A DNA stretch of 64,000 nucleotides from Minisyncoccota bacterium (GCA_028697455.1 JAQVEZ010000002.1:89921-153920), one strand, 5' to 3'; positions 36,945-47,777 are shown, counted from the first letter of the stretch. The notes: generated from the sequence alone by a model not told the origin. Numbers and translations are program-made.

Positions 36945-38120
36945 ATGACACATCGAGATAAAGATAAGATTGAATACCTCCTTACTCGCGGAGTAGAGAA
37001 AATATTTCCCTCAGAGGATTTTGTACGGTCACGACTTCTTTCGGGAGAAAAACTCACCTTGTATATGGGAATTGACCCAACAGGACCTGCACTTCATCTT
37101 GGGCATCTTATTCCTCTTATTAAGCTTTCTCAGTTTCAAGACCTTGGACACAAGGTGATTCTCCTTATTGGAGATTTTACGGCTCAAATTGGGGACCCTG
37201 ACAAAACACAAGTACGGAAACAATTGACTCATAAAGAAGTTTTGGAGAATGCAAAAAACTATAAAAAACAAGCTTCAAAAATTCTCGCTTTTAGCGGTCG
37301 GAACAAGGCGGAGCTTCGGTATAATAGCAAATGGCTCAAAAAGATTGCTTTTCCAGAACTCATCAACCTTGCTTCTCAGATGACGGTACAACGAATGTTG
37401 GATCGAGATATGTTCAGGCGAAGGATGAAAGAGGGAAGTCCTATTTATATACATGAATTTATGTACCCATTGATGCAGGGGTACGATTCAGTTGTTTTGG
37501 CAGTGGATGGCGAGGTTGGAGGAAATGATCAGACCTTCAACATGCTTGTTGGAAGGGACCTTCAAAAAAAGGGAGATGAAAAGAAAGAAAAGTTTATTAT
37601 CCCAATGAAACTCCTTGTCGACTCACAAGGGAATAAAATGGGAAAGACAACAGGAAATATGCTCTCTCTTTCTGATAGCGCAGAAGAACAATTTAAAAAG
37701 ATTATGCGCTGGGAAGACGAAAATATCCTCCTTGCCTTTGAGCTCCTTACTGACGAAGATCTTTCAGTTCTCAAAAAACGAATAGAGCAGAATGAAAATC
37801 CTCGAGATCTTAAGTTGCTACTAGCAGAAAAAATTCTTACCCGATTACACGGAGAAGCACCAGCCTTGAAAGCCAAAGAAATATGGATTCAAGAAGTGAG
37901 CCTTCACAAACAACCAGACAAGTTTCCAGAAATAAAAAACGATGTTGATTTTCTTACAACACTCCAAAAAGGTACGGGAGAAAGTAAGAGTCAATTACGG
38001 CGACTTATCAAAGAAGGAGCTGTTCGAGTTAATGACGAGAGGGTTTCTCGGGAAGATGTTCTTCTCAAAAAAAATGATCTTGTGCAAATAGGTAAGAAAA
38101 AATGGCTTAAAATTATTTAA
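36945..38120 (+). CDS. tyrS: Tyrosine-tRNA ligase
   Basis: GIDPTG..LHLGH, YPLMQGYDS, GG.DQ.FN, KMGKT, C-terminal S4 domain. Confidence 0.96.
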   Translation: MTHRDKDKIEYLLTRGVEKIFPSEDFVRSRLLSGEKLTLYMGIDPTGPALHLGHLIPLIKLSQFQDLGHKVILLIGDFTAQIGDPDKTQVRKQLTHKEVLENAKNYKKQASKILAFSGRNKAELRYNSKWLKKIAFPELINLASQMTVQRMLDRDMFRRRMKEGSPIYIHEFMYPLMQGYDSVVLAVDGEVGGNDQTFNMLVGRDLQKKGDEKKEKFIIPMKLLVDSQGNKMGKTTGNMLSLSDSAEEQFKKIMRWEDENILLAFELLTDEDLSVLKKRIEQNENPRDLKLLLAEKILTRLHGEAPALKAKEIWIQEVSLHKQPDKFPEIKNDVDFLTTLQKGTGESKSQLRRLIKEGAVRVNDERVSREDVLLKKNDLVQIGKKKWLKII

Positions 38121-38167
38121 GCTTTTTATCTTGCAATACTTTTCAGTTCTTTTATAATACGGAGCAT

Positions 38168-38842
38168 ATGACAAGTACATCAAAACGACGAAACAAAAGA
38201 GCTTGGATTATTAGTATTATTGCCATCGTAGCACTTTTGATTATTGCTTTTATTATTTCTCGAACAGAGAAAACTGTCGACCCAGCATCTTTTGCTGATG
38301 TTGTAACCTTTGATTTAGGAGCTCATGAAAAAGGAAATCTTGATTCTCAAATACGACTTATTGAATATTCTGATTTTCAATGTCCTGCATGTAAATCAGC
38401 TGAACCTGCTGTTGAAGATCTTGTAAATACTTTCGGTGATCAGTTTGTGTTTGAATATCGACACTATCCACTGAGATCAATTCACCCTAATGCACAAAAA
38501 GCAGCAGAAGCTTCAGAAGCAGCCGCAAAGCAGGGAAAGTTTTGGGAGATGCATGACATTCTTTTTGCTCGACAAAACGAATGGTCACAATCATTTAACC
38601 CAGAAAAAATGTTTAGCTCTTACGCAAAAGAAATTGGGTTGAACGTTGACCGCTTTAAATATGATTTGAAATCAGATGAGGTTAAGAAGGTGGTTAATGA
38701 TTCTTATAATGAAGCAGTAAGTCTTAACCTTCCAGGGACACCTTCATTTGTGTACGACGGAAAAGAGATTGATTTTAATGACTTTATTAACCAGCACCTT
38801 GATCTTTCTCAATTTATTCAGCCAGAGATTATCGAAGAATAA
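38168..38842 (+). CDS. DsbA-family thioredoxin-fold protein
   Basis: EYSDFQCPAC, RHYPL, GKFWEMHD, GTPSF; N-terminal TM. Confidence 0.92.
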   Translation: MTSTSKRRNKRAWIISIIAIVALLIIAFIISRTEKTVDPASFADVVTFDLGAHEKGNLDSQIRLIEYSDFQCPACKSAEPAVEDLVNTFGDQFVFEYRHYPLRSIHPNAQKAAEASEAAAKQGKFWEMHDILFARQNEWSQSFNPEKMFSSYAKEIGLNVDRFKYDLKSDEVKKVVNDSYNEAVSLNLPGTPSFVYDGKEIDFNDFINQHLDLSQFIQPEIIEE

Positions 38843-38896
38843 AACCCTTTTGGGTTTTTTCTTTTACCTGCCTTGTGCATGGTATACTGGTACTAT

Positions 38897-39562
38897 ATGT
38901 TGCGATTAGCAAGTCTCAAGAAAATTACTATTCCACGCCCTAATACACTTCTTTTTGAAGAAAAATGTTATATTCCCGGAGAAATATTTAAGAAAGATTG
39001 GAGTAAAATATATGAACAACTGAGAACATTCTCTCTTAAATCTCCGATACGAGAAAACTTTCTTGATTACATACCCAAAGAGACTGGCTTTTTTGGCTTC
39101 CAAACTCACCCTCAGACAAAAAAGGAAAATTACTTTCATCTTGGGATTTCATTAGCACTTCCTTCAAATACTAAAATTTTCCCTGTTCTTTCTGGAATTC
39201 TTGAGTATTCGGGATACGGAGCAGTAAATGGACACTATGTTCTTCTTTCTCATCCAGAAATCCAAACAGAAGATGGATACGTCCTTCATAGTATGTACTG
39301 CCACCTCAAAAAGCCTTTGGTAAAATTCAGCTCCTATCAAAAAATGCTGAGAGAGATAAGTCTTGGAAGCTACCCCCTTGTTGAGATAGCTGAGGATACG
39401 GAGCTTGGGATTGCTTCATTTTCTGGAGTGGCATCAAAAGATACCCCAACGCTATATTTGCAACTCAGCTTTAGGAAATTTGGGGAAGACCCCATTATTC
39501 TTGATCCAGCACGTGTCTTTTATAGAAGGGATGAAACAAAGAAGAGCAAGGCTCGGGATTAA
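38897..39562 (+). CDS. M23 peptidase-like protein, degenerate active site
   Basis: FHLGISL, G.YV...H, SMYCHL, LG..SG...P.LY.QL, LDP. Confidence 0.65.
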   Translation: MLRLASLKKITIPRPNTLLFEEKCYIPGEIFKKDWSKIYEQLRTFSLKSPIRENFLDYIPKETGFFGFQTHPQTKKENYFHLGISLALPSNTKIFPVLSGILEYSGYGAVNGHYVLLSHPEIQTEDGYVLHSMYCHLKKPLVKFSSYQKMLREISLGSYPLVEIAEDTELGIASFSGVASKDTPTLYLQLSFRKFGEDPIILDPARVFYRRDETKKSKARD

Positions 39563-39600
39563 ATTGATTGTCTTGGTTCTCAATGTTATGATAAATATAT

Positions 39601-40410
39601 ATGAACAATAACCATAAAGAAATAAAATACATTATCTACGTAGGAATCATTTGTTTGATGAGCCTCTCTTTGTTTTTTCTTCAAAAAACTTTTCAATCAG
39701 CAAAAGAAACGAATAGTGCTGAACACACAATAGAGGTTTCTGGATCAGGAGAATTTGTAGCCGTTCCTGATGTTGCAACCTTCTCATTTGTATTTGAGGA
39801 AACTGCGGAAAAAGGAGAGGATGCACAACAAGCTCTTTCTTTGCGTATAAAAACCTTTCTTGAAAAATCAAAGGAACTTGGCATTGACGAAAAAAATATA
39901 AAAACAGAGTCGTACACCATCACTCCTAAATACGAATGGCTCACTCGACCCCAAACTCCTATTATTGCTATCGACGGGACCCCATATCTTCCTGATCCAA
40001 CAGAAAGAAAGCAAGTACAAGTTGGTTTTATTGTTCGGCAAGGAATCAAAATAAAACTCTATGATTTTGAAAAAATACCCTCATTACTAACCCTTCTTAC
40101 TAGTGAGAAAGTCAATAATCTTTATGGCCCTTCATTTGAAGTTGATGATATGGAAGCGGCTCAGGCTGAAGCGCGGAAGGAAGCAATTATCAACGCAAAA
40201 AAGAAGGCTCAAGTGTTGGCACGTATGCTGGGGGTAAAACTTGATACTATTGTTTCTTTTTACGAAAACAACAATAATTATCCTGTGTATCGAGAGGCGA
40301 TGCTTCAATCAAAAGCCCTTGATATGGATGGGGGAATGGTAGAACCCTCACTTCCTACGGGCGAAAATACTATTTCTTCTCAAGTTACTATTGGATACAG
40401 CATTCGCTAA
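39601..40410 (+). CDS. SIMPL (DUF541) domain protein
   Basis: IEVSGSGE..AVPDVA, AR.EAI.NA..KA..LA..LGV.L, GE..I...V. Confidence 0.9.
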   Translation: MNNNHKEIKYIIYVGIICLMSLSLFFLQKTFQSAKETNSAEHTIEVSGSGEFVAVPDVATFSFVFEETAEKGEDAQQALSLRIKTFLEKSKELGIDEKNIKTESYTITPKYEWLTRPQTPIIAIDGTPYLPDPTERKQVQVGFIVRQGIKIKLYDFEKIPSLLTLLTSEKVNNLYGPSFEVDDMEAAQAEARKEAIINAKKKAQVLARMLGVKLDTIVSFYENNNNYPVYREAMLQSKALDMDGGMVEPSLPTGENTISSQVTIGYSIR

Positions 40411-40561
40411 AAGACTCAACACCCCAAAAGGGTGTGTTTCTTTAATCCTGTCTTTATTGACTTTGCTTGTTGCGAGTGATAAACTAAAATTAATTAAAAG
40501 ACCCCTCGGAAAATCTGACGGGTTTTTTAAATAGATTATTGGATGTTAACCAAAATAATAT

Positions 40562-40735
40562 ATGAGCTATTTTAAGCATATTTGGGGTGAGTTAAAAAAA
40601 GTAATATGGCCAGACAAAAACACAACCGTTCTCTATACTATTGTTGTGGTATTGATTTCTCTTTTTGTTGCCTATTATTTGGGACTTTTTGATTATATTT
40701 TTACTAATTTTGGGCTACGCTCCCTTCTTCAATAA
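40562..40735 (+). CDS. secE: Preprotein translocase SecE (not in ORF track, 57 aa)
   Basis: MSYFKHIWGELKKVIWPDKNTTVLYTIVVVLISLFVAYYLGLFD...; directly before nusG. Confidence 0.93.
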   Translation: MSYFKHIWGELKKVIWPDKNTTVLYTIVVVLISLFVAYYLGLFDYIFTNFGLRSLLQ

Positions 40736-40740
40736 GAGAT

Positions 40741-41295
40741 ATGCCAGAACAGCAAGAAAAAGTTAAAAAAGAACGTGGGTGGTATGCCATCCATACCTAC
40801 GCTGGGTACGAGAACGCTGTTGAACGAAATCTCAAACAGCGTATTGAATCTCTTAATATGCAGGATTTAATTTTTGACGTTCTCGTTCCTGTTGAGAAAA
40901 AAATCAAAATCAAAAACGGAAAACGAGTTGAGGTTGAGGAAAAAATTTACCCAGGATATGTGCTCGTCGATATGATTGTTACCGAAGATTCTTGGTTTGT
41001 CGTGCGAAATACCCCTCGCGTTACTGGGTTTATTGGGGCAGGAGGAACTGACCCTGTGCCAGTAAAACAATCAGAGGTTGATGCTATTTTTTCACAAATG
41101 AAAAAATCAACACTTGAACAAGAGCATGGCTATGAGTTAGGAGAAATTGTTCTTGTCATCGATGGACCTTTCTCAGATTTTCAAGGAAAGATAGATACTA
41201 TTGATAACGAAAAAGGGAAGGTGCGACTCCTTGTTTCTATGTTTGGGAGAGAAACTCCTGTTGAGCTTGATTTTCTTCAAATCAAGAAACTCTAA
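40741..41295 (+). CDS. nusG: Transcription factor NusG
   Basis: WYAIHTYAGYE, YPGYVLV, VRNTPRVTGF, GPFSDF.G, MFGRETPVEL. Confidence 0.97.
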   Translation: MPEQQEKVKKERGWYAIHTYAGYENAVERNLKQRIESLNMQDLIFDVLVPVEKKIKIKNGKRVEVEEKIYPGYVLVDMIVTEDSWFVVRNTPRVTGFIGAGGTDPVPVKQSEVDAIFSQMKKSTLEQEHGYELGEIVLVIDGPFSDFQGKIDTIDNEKGKVRLLVSMFGRETPVELDFLQIKKL

Positions 41296-41387
41296 ACCCT
41301 CTTTCTGTACAAAAATTTTCTTTTTGTTATAGTAATTTTTGTTACGCACATGCTTCATTTTTAGTAAATTTATTTTAACGGTATTAT

Positions 41388-41810
41388 ATGGCAAAACTTA
41401 TCAAACAACTTAAACTTCAAATTGATGCCGGAAAAGCTGTTCCTGCTCCTCCTCTTGGACCAGCGTTAGGACAAGCTGGAGTAAATATTGGAGAATTCGT
41501 TAATCAATTTAACGCCCAAACCCAAGATCAAATGGGAAGTAAGGTTTCAGTTCTCATCAATGTATACGAAGACCGATCTTTTGATTTTGTTATCAAGACT
41601 CCTCCTGTTACAAGCCTCATTTTGAAAGCTGCTGGGGTAAAAGGCGGATCAGGAAAACCTAATGCTAAAAAAGTAGGGAAAATCACTGAAGCGCAATTAA
41701 CTGAAATTGCAGAAATAAAAATGCCAGATCTCAATGCACACGATATTGAAGCTGCAAAAAAGATTGTGGCAGGCTCATGTAGATCAATGGGAATTGACAT
41801 TGTCGCTTAA
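41388..41810 (+). CDS. rplK: 50S ribosomal protein L11
   Basis: [30 protein letters not shown]. Confidence 0.97.
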   Translation: MAKLIKQLKLQIDAGKAVPAPPLGPALGQAGVNIGEFVNQFNAQTQDQMGSKVSVLINVYEDRSFDFVIKTPPVTSLILKAAGVKGGSGKPNAKKVGKITEAQLTEIAEIKMPDLNAHDIEAAKKIVAGSCRSMGIDIVA

Positions 41811-41829
41811 ACTTAAAAACCCACGAGAA

Positions 41830-42336
41830 TTACTTCTCGAGGGTTTTTTTGTTGCGCTTCCACATTTCTGTTTGATATGGAAGCTTCTTTTCTTTTTGAA
41901 ATTTCCCCTTTCCGATGATTTCAAAATTATCCCGAAAAAAAGGAAAAAATTTTGAAGAAGAGAATTTTCCTTTTGGATAAATCCTCAAGACCAAAATCCT
42001 ATCGGAATAGGGGAGAAAGTTTTGTATTATTTCTTCACTCCCAAGTATCCAAAAGGTTTTTTCTGGGTTTTCGCGAATGATCTTGTGGACTTCTCCCAGC
42101 TGTTCCTTGCTAAGGATACAATGCTCTCTTTCCTTAACAAAAAAATCAAACTCTTTTTCATTTTCTCGAACCCAATCTTCGTCAGTGACGATTGTAGAGC
42201 CCCATGTAATGAAGTTAAGTTCCTCTATCGCTTCTCTGGGAAAAAAGTGAAAGCTTTCAGCGTTTGAAATGCCGTCATCCTCAGTTTGGCAGCTGAGAAT
42301 ACCAACACCTCCTTTAAAGAAATATTTTTTATTCAT
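41830..42336 (-). CDS. Dihydrofolate reductase-like protein, degenerate
   Basis: DHFR spacing (ITWGSTIV, R..CILS, FWILGSEEI...FLPY.DRI, KFFP) but the MGRKT/GG motifs are altered. Confidence 0.55.
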   Translation of the reverse strand: MNKKYFFKGGVGILSCQTEDDGISNAESFHFFPREAIEELNFITWGSTIVTDEDWVRENEKEFDFFVKEREHCILSKEQLGEVHKIIRENPEKTFWILGSEEIIQNFLPYSDRILVLRIYPKGKFSSSKFFPFFRDNFEIIGKGKFQKEKKLPYQTEMWKRNKKTLEK

Positions 42337-42421
42337 ATTCTCATATTTTTTTATATTATTTCATTTTTAAAATATTTGTCAACACTCCCTTTTACAGAGA
42401 ATAGTGTGCTATTATAGAGAT

Positions 42422-43036
42422 ATGTATAGGAAACCAGTTGTATCATTTATTGTTTCTCTTTCAGTTTTTGCCCTTGCTCTTTCATTATTGCGTTTATTTC
42501 TATCGGAAGAGACCTCGTATCTGTGGCTCAATTGGAATTTATTTCTCGCACTTCTCCCCCTACTCTTTGCATGGCTTGCTATTCATTTTTCTCGCCAGTT
42601 TCTTTTAAATAAAGTCTTCCTTTTTCTCTGGCTGTTTTTTCTTCCCAATGCACCGTATCTTATTACGGATCTTATCCATCTCAATACTGTTGCTCCAAGA
42701 TCTTTGGTTTGGTATGACGGGGTAATGATTTTTTCATATGCCCTTGTCGGGGTTTTCGTTTGGCTTACAAGCACACTTCTTCTTGAACAACATTTTCACT
42801 GGAAAAAATGGGTGATTTGGCTTATTGCTCTTCTCACTGGTTGTGGAATATACCTTGGAAGAAATCTTCGTTTTAATAGTTGGGATATTTTTTATCGACC
42901 GCATCATATTTTTCAAGAAACACTTTCTTTTTTTGAGGGCCCTTTTATTGATTCCATCTTTTTTATGTCCCTTATTTTTGCCACCTTTTTACTTGTTTGC
43001 TATTTTGCTATGCAAAAGATTTTTAAGGATAAATAA
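42422..43036 (+). CDS. DUF1361 family membrane protein
   Basis: WNLFLA..P, WLFFLPNAPY.ITD.IHL, GIYLGR.LRFNSWD. Confidence 0.85.
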   Translation: MYRKPVVSFIVSLSVFALALSLLRLFLSEETSYLWLNWNLFLALLPLLFAWLAIHFSRQFLLNKVFLFLWLFFLPNAPYLITDLIHLNTVAPRSLVWYDGVMIFSYALVGVFVWLTSTLLLEQHFHWKKWVIWLIALLTGCGIYLGRNLRFNSWDIFYRPHHIFQETLSFFEGPFIDSIFFMSLIFATFLLVCYFAMQKIFKDK

Positions 43037-43059
43037 AACTTTTGTGATACTATAAACGT

Positions 43060-44088
43060 ATGAAAGATATTCGAATATCATTTGATAAATACAACCTTTT
43101 TGAGATTTTTCTCGGGGCTTTGTTGGTTTTTATCCTTTGGAAACTTGGAAACCTCCTTCTTATGTTTGGGGTTTCTCTCCTTATTTCTATTTTCATTGAA
43201 GATTTTATACGTTTTGGTAAAAAGTATCGTATTCCTAGAGCAGCTTCTATTATAAGCTTCTATCTTTTTGCCCTTATTATTCTTGCGATTATACTTATTT
43301 TTGTTCTTCCGATTTTCCTCAGGGAACTTTCGAGTATCGCAATGGTGTATCCAGAAATTCATAATTTCTTTAATATCAAAGGAATTTCCCTTGGAGAAAA
43401 CGTAAATGTTAATTTTTCTGAAATTCTTTCAGGGCTCCAGGATCAAGAAATACGAAGGCAGATGATCTCAGGGGTAACTCAGTTTTTTGGCGGAGTTGTT
43501 AACTTCTTGTTCATTTTTATTATTTCTTTATACCTCTCTCTTCAGGAGGGAACTGTTGTTAAGACACTCAAAATTATTACCCCTCTTCGTTATGAAGAGA
43601 GGGTTATTGCCATTTGGGAACGAGCTCAACGAAAAATTGGTTCATGGTTTAGAGGGCACCTTTTGCTTGCTTTACTTATTTTCGTTCTAACCTTTATCTT
43701 TTTGAACCTTTTGGGGGTCCCTTATGCATTTGCATTATCATTCCTCACAGCTATTGTTGAGTTTATCCCCTATGCTGTTTGGGTTATTGGTTTTTTGTCG
43801 GTGAGCGTTGGAGCTGTGTACCAAGGGCTTTGGATTGCTGTCTTTATTGCTATTTTCTACTTTACACTCCAGCAGCTCATTGATCTTGCGGTTCTCCCAT
43901 TTGTTATGAGAAAAATGACAGGAATTCCTTCGCTTATTGTGATTCTTTCTCTTTTGATTGGAGCAAAACTTTTTGGCTTTTATGGGCTTCTCTTGGCGGT
44001 TCCTCTTGCGCTCTTTGTTATGGAACTCGTTTATGAGTCCGAAAAAAACAAAAAAGCAAAGAGAAATCTTTTTTCTCATGATAAATAA
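43060..44088 (+). CDS. AI-2E (PerM) family transporter
   Basis: KIGSWFRG, FIPY, P.VM....G, GAKLFG.YGLLLAVP. Confidence 0.85.
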   Translation: MKDIRISFDKYNLFEIFLGALLVFILWKLGNLLLMFGVSLLISIFIEDFIRFGKKYRIPRAASIISFYLFALIILAIILIFVLPIFLRELSSIAMVYPEIHNFFNIKGISLGENVNVNFSEILSGLQDQEIRRQMISGVTQFFGGVVNFLFIFIISLYLSLQEGTVVKTLKIITPLRYEERVIAIWERAQRKIGSWFRGHLLLALLIFVLTFIFLNLLGVPYAFALSFLTAIVEFIPYAVWVIGFLSVSVGAVYQGLWIAVFIAIFYFTLQQLIDLAVLPFVMRKMTGIPSLIVILSLLIGAKLFGFYGLLLAVPLALFVMELVYESEKNKKAKRNLFSHDK

Positions 44089-44096
44089 ATTTATTT

Positions 44097-45542
44097 ATGA
44101 CTAAATCTTTTTTAAAACAATATATTACAACAACACTTCCGTACGTAAATTCAGATCCCCATGTTGGGTTTGCTCTTGAACTCGTACGTGCTGATGTCCT
44201 TTCTCGCTACTACTCACTCAATGGCTATGATGTTTTTTTTAACACGGGAACCGATGAACACGGGCTTAAAATTTGGGAACGAGCTAAAAATAACAACATC
44301 CCTGTCCAAGAGTATGTTGACCAATATGCAAAGAAATTTCAGGAACTCATCCTGCTCCTCAATATTTCAGAATCAATTCATTTTATTCGTACAACCGATA
44401 AAAATCATATTCAAGCAGCTCAAACTTTTTGGAAGCGCTGTGATGAAAGAGGATTTATTTACAAAAAACAATATCAAACAAAATATTGTATGGGGTGTGA
44501 GCTCGAAAAAACTGATTCTGAGCTTGACCATGGTAAATGTCCTCTCCACCCAAGTCTTGAGCTTGTGTTAATTGATGAAGAAAATTATTTTTTTAAATTT
44601 TCTGCATGTCAGGATTTCCTTCTTGGTTTTTATAAGGAAAATTCAAATTTTGTAATTCCAAAAACACGTTTTCTTGAAATTCAAAAATTTGTTGAAAACG
44701 GATTACAAGATTTTTCAATTTCTCGTTTAAAAGAGAAGATGCCGTGGGGGATTCCTGTCCCAGGAGATGAAGAGCAGGTAATGTATGTTTGGTTTGACGC
44801 TTTGGTAAATTATATTTCAACTCTTGGATGGCCAGAAGATCTGGATACTTTTGAATCATATTGGACTGAAGGGAACCCTATTCAATACGCAGGAAAAGAT
44901 AACCTCAGACAACAAAGCGCCATGTGGCAAGCAATGCTTTACGCAGCAGGGCTTCCTCAATCAAAGCAAATTATCATTAATGGATTCATTACTTCGGGCG
45001 GGCAAAAGATGTCAAAATCACTTGGTAACGTTATCGATCCGTTGAAACTGGTTGAGGAATATGGGGCTGATGCTTTAAGGTACTATCTCCTACGACACGT
45101 TCAATCCTTTGAGGATTCTGACATGACTCTCGAAAAATTTCATGAAGCATATAATGCACATCTTGCAAATGGCATAGGAAATCTTGTTCAAAGAGTGATG
45201 AAAATGGTAACTTCTTATGACGTTGATATCTCTGAGGTTAATTTCAAGGACCCTGTGCTTGCTTATAATCGTGAATATATTGAACAATTTGATTTTAGTA
45301 AAGCCCTTGATGATATTTGGCGACTTATCGCAGAGGTTGATCAATTTATTGCTGAGCATAAACCTTTTTCAAAAATTAAAGAAAACCCCGAAGGAGCCCA
45401 TGATGATTTACGCTACTGCGTTCGTGAATTATCAAGAATTGCTATAAGTTTATATCCATTTCTTCCTGAGACAGCAGAGAAAATTCAAGAATATATTACT
45501 GAAAAGAAAGTTTCTGAAATTCCCCTTTTCCCAAGAAAATAA
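44097..45542 (+). CDS. metG: Methionine-tRNA ligase
   Basis: TTLPYVN..PHVG, GTDEHG, YVWFDAL.NY, KMSKSLGN. Confidence 0.96.
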   Translation: MTKSFLKQYITTTLPYVNSDPHVGFALELVRADVLSRYYSLNGYDVFFNTGTDEHGLKIWERAKNNNIPVQEYVDQYAKKFQELILLLNISESIHFIRTTDKNHIQAAQTFWKRCDERGFIYKKQYQTKYCMGCELEKTDSELDHGKCPLHPSLELVLIDEENYFFKFSACQDFLLGFYKENSNFVIPKTRFLEIQKFVENGLQDFSISRLKEKMPWGIPVPGDEEQVMYVWFDALVNYISTLGWPEDLDTFESYWTEGNPIQYAGKDNLRQQSAMWQAMLYAAGLPQSKQIIINGFITSGGQKMSKSLGNVIDPLKLVEEYGADALRYYLLRHVQSFEDSDMTLEKFHEAYNAHLANGIGNLVQRVMKMVTSYDVDISEVNFKDPVLAYNREYIEQFDFSKALDDIWRLIAEVDQFIAEHKPFSKIKENPEGAHDDLRYCVRELSRIAISLYPFLPETAEKIQEYITEKKVSEIPLFPRK

Positions 45543-45561
45543 AAAGAGGTTTTACCTCTTT

Positions 45562-46824
45562 TTATTTTAGGTTTCTTGTTTTCGTTTCGATATGAATCAT
45601 TTTTTCAAGCTTTCGTTTATCTTCAATAAATTGTTCTTTGTTTGTGTTGAAAAGGGTAACCTTGAGTACGGAAGAACCACCATTCTTTGCATAAAGAGAT
45701 TTTCCACCCTTTTTAAGATGCTGGATACTTTCAAGGTAGCTTGTGAGTTTTTTTACTTTTTTAACTCCCTTGATCCCTTTAATAAAACCTTCTTTTTTCG
45801 GGTAAAAATAAATTGTTGAAAGATAGCCGAGAACCTTTTCTTTTATAACAGGTTTTTTATTTGGCATTCGAATGAGAAGATCATTGAGCGTGTGGTTGAT
45901 CCCATAACATTTTTCATAAAGGGTTTCTCTGTTTCCCCCCATACGAGGACCAATTTCAATAATTTTCCAGTCACCGTTTTCAGTAATAACGAGTTCGATG
46001 TGGGTTGTTGTATTTCGTAAACCAAGAGCGTGGACTCCTTTTGTTGCAACAATTTGAGCTTTTGCTATCTTTTCTTTTGAAAGTTTTGCTGGTGCAAGGC
46101 GTTCATAGAGGAAAAAATCATCAAAACCTTTTTGTGCACTTGTTTTATATTTTACAAAAGGAGTAAAAGATATTTCTCCTAAATTATTAACATAAGCATC
46201 AACTGAATAGATTGTTCCTTCGAGGAGTTCTTCTACGAGAACAGCGGGAGTTCCTCTACCTTTTTGCTCTCTATATACAGAGGAGATTTTCTTTTTCATT
46301 TTTTTTAAGATTTCCTCAAGCTCTTCGGGATAATGAGCTGATTGAATGAGGAGACTTGCTGCAAGTCCAGAAGGTTTAACAATGACAGGGAATTGAAGGT
46401 TTTTCATGATTGACTTAACGTCAAAATCTTCATCGAGGTTTTTAATAATTTTAAATTTTGGGGTTATTGAAGGGTCACTTTTTCTGAAAGCCTTTCTCAT
46501 AAGTGTTTTTTCAGTTGATTTTTGTAAAGCATCAACACTTGGAACAAGAACATTTTCAGGAAGGAAGGGAATAATTTTTTGAAAAAGAGGAATATTTTTT
46601 TCTCCGCGAGCGGAAACACAAAGAATGTCTTTCCCATTCGCATCTACCCATTTTTTAAGAGAGCTTTCATCTGAAAAATCGAGATAGACAGTTTCTTTTT
46701 TGGCGATACTTTCTGGTTCTTGGAGAAGAACAATTTCCCACTTCTTATTTTTTTCAGAAATATATTCTCTTATTCTCTCAAGGGAAGAATCACTAACTCC
46801 CCCAATATAAACAATTTTTTTCAT
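45562..46824 (-). CDS. ATP-grasp domain protein (peptide ligase-like)
   Basis: FPVIVKP...ASL, VLVEELLEG..YSVD, HIE, IIEIGPRMGG. Confidence 0.8.
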   Translation of the reverse strand: MKKIVYIGGVSDSSLERIREYISEKNKKWEIVLLQEPESIAKKETVYLDFSDESSLKKWVDANGKDILCVSARGEKNIPLFQKIIPFLPENVLVPSVDALQKSTEKTLMRKAFRKSDPSITPKFKIIKNLDEDFDVKSIMKNLQFPVIVKPSGLAASLLIQSAHYPEELEEILKKMKKKISSVYREQKGRGTPAVLVEELLEGTIYSVDAYVNNLGEISFTPFVKYKTSAQKGFDDFFLYERLAPAKLSKEKIAKAQIVATKGVHALGLRNTTTHIELVITENGDWKIIEIGPRMGGNRETLYEKCYGINHTLNDLLIRMPNKKPVIKEKVLGYLSTIYFYPKKEGFIKGIKGVKKVKKLTSYLESIQHLKKGGKSLYAKNGGSSVLKVTLFNTNKEQFIEDKRKLEKMIHIETKTRNLK

Positions 46825-46917
46825 AATAATATACTGAATAGGCTTAAGATACAGGAATTATACACAAAAAAGGATTTTTTACTATACTTTTCACACTGTT
46901 CCGAGTACACTAAAGAT

Positions 46918-47730
46918 ATGAAATTCATAGACACACATGCGCATCTTAACTTTCAAGATTTTCAAGGAGAAGAGGAATCTCTTCAGGAAAAACTCAGCAG
47001 TAACGAGATCACGGTCATTAATGTTGGTATTGATAAATTTTCATCAGGACAGGTGGTAGAACTTGCTCAAAAATATGAAAACTATTTTGCTATTATTGGG
47101 CTTCACCCTATTTCAACGGTTATTACTCGAGAAGATGATTATATTCTTGGAGAAACCTTTGGGTATGAGTTTTTTAAAATGCTAATTCTCACCAACAAGA
47201 AAATTGTTGGAATCGGAGAGTGTGGTTTTGATTACGTGCATAACCCACGAAGCTCACAAGAGGTTCAAGAAAAAGCTTTTCGTGCCCAAATTGAGCTTGC
47301 TCTTGAGATGGATCTTCCGCTGATGCTACACCTCAGACCTTCTCAAAATACGTATGATGCTTATGAGGAGGCTCTTGTTATTCTTCGAGAGTATAAAGAA
47401 CGCAACCCCAACCTTCGTGGGCAAGCACACTTTTTTTCCGGAACAGAAAAAATTGCGCAAGAGTTTATAGAGCTTGGTTTTTATATTTCTTTTACTGGGG
47501 TAATTACCTTTGCCCCATATGACGAGCTTGTTGCTTCAATTCCTATGAACCGCATTCTTTCCGAAACGGATTCCCCTTACGCCGCACCCGTACCTCACCG
47601 AGGGAAGAGAAATGAATCAAGTTATGTTGTTGAGGTTGTTAACAAAATGGCAGAGATTTATCAGGTGCCAATAGATACAATGTCACAGCAAATTATTCAA
47701 AATGCTAAAAAGCTTTATCGACTGGGATAG
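46918..47730 (+). CDS. TatD family hydrolase
   Basis: IDTHAHL, GLHP, IGECGFDY, HFFSG, ETDSPY; start at MKFIDTHAH. Confidence 0.93.
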   Translation: MKFIDTHAHLNFQDFQGEEESLQEKLSSNEITVINVGIDKFSSGQVVELAQKYENYFAIIGLHPISTVITREDDYILGETFGYEFFKMLILTNKKIVGIGECGFDYVHNPRSSQEVQEKAFRAQIELALEMDLPLMLHLRPSQNTYDAYEEALVILREYKERNPNLRGQAHFFSGTEKIAQEFIELGFYISFTGVITFAPYDELVASIPMNRILSETDSPYAAPVPHRGKRNESSYVVEVVNKMAEIYQVPIDTMSQQIIQNAKKLYRLG

Positions 47731-47777
47731 ACTTTTTATAAAGAATCTTTTATACTACTTCAAAATTATTCTTTCTT

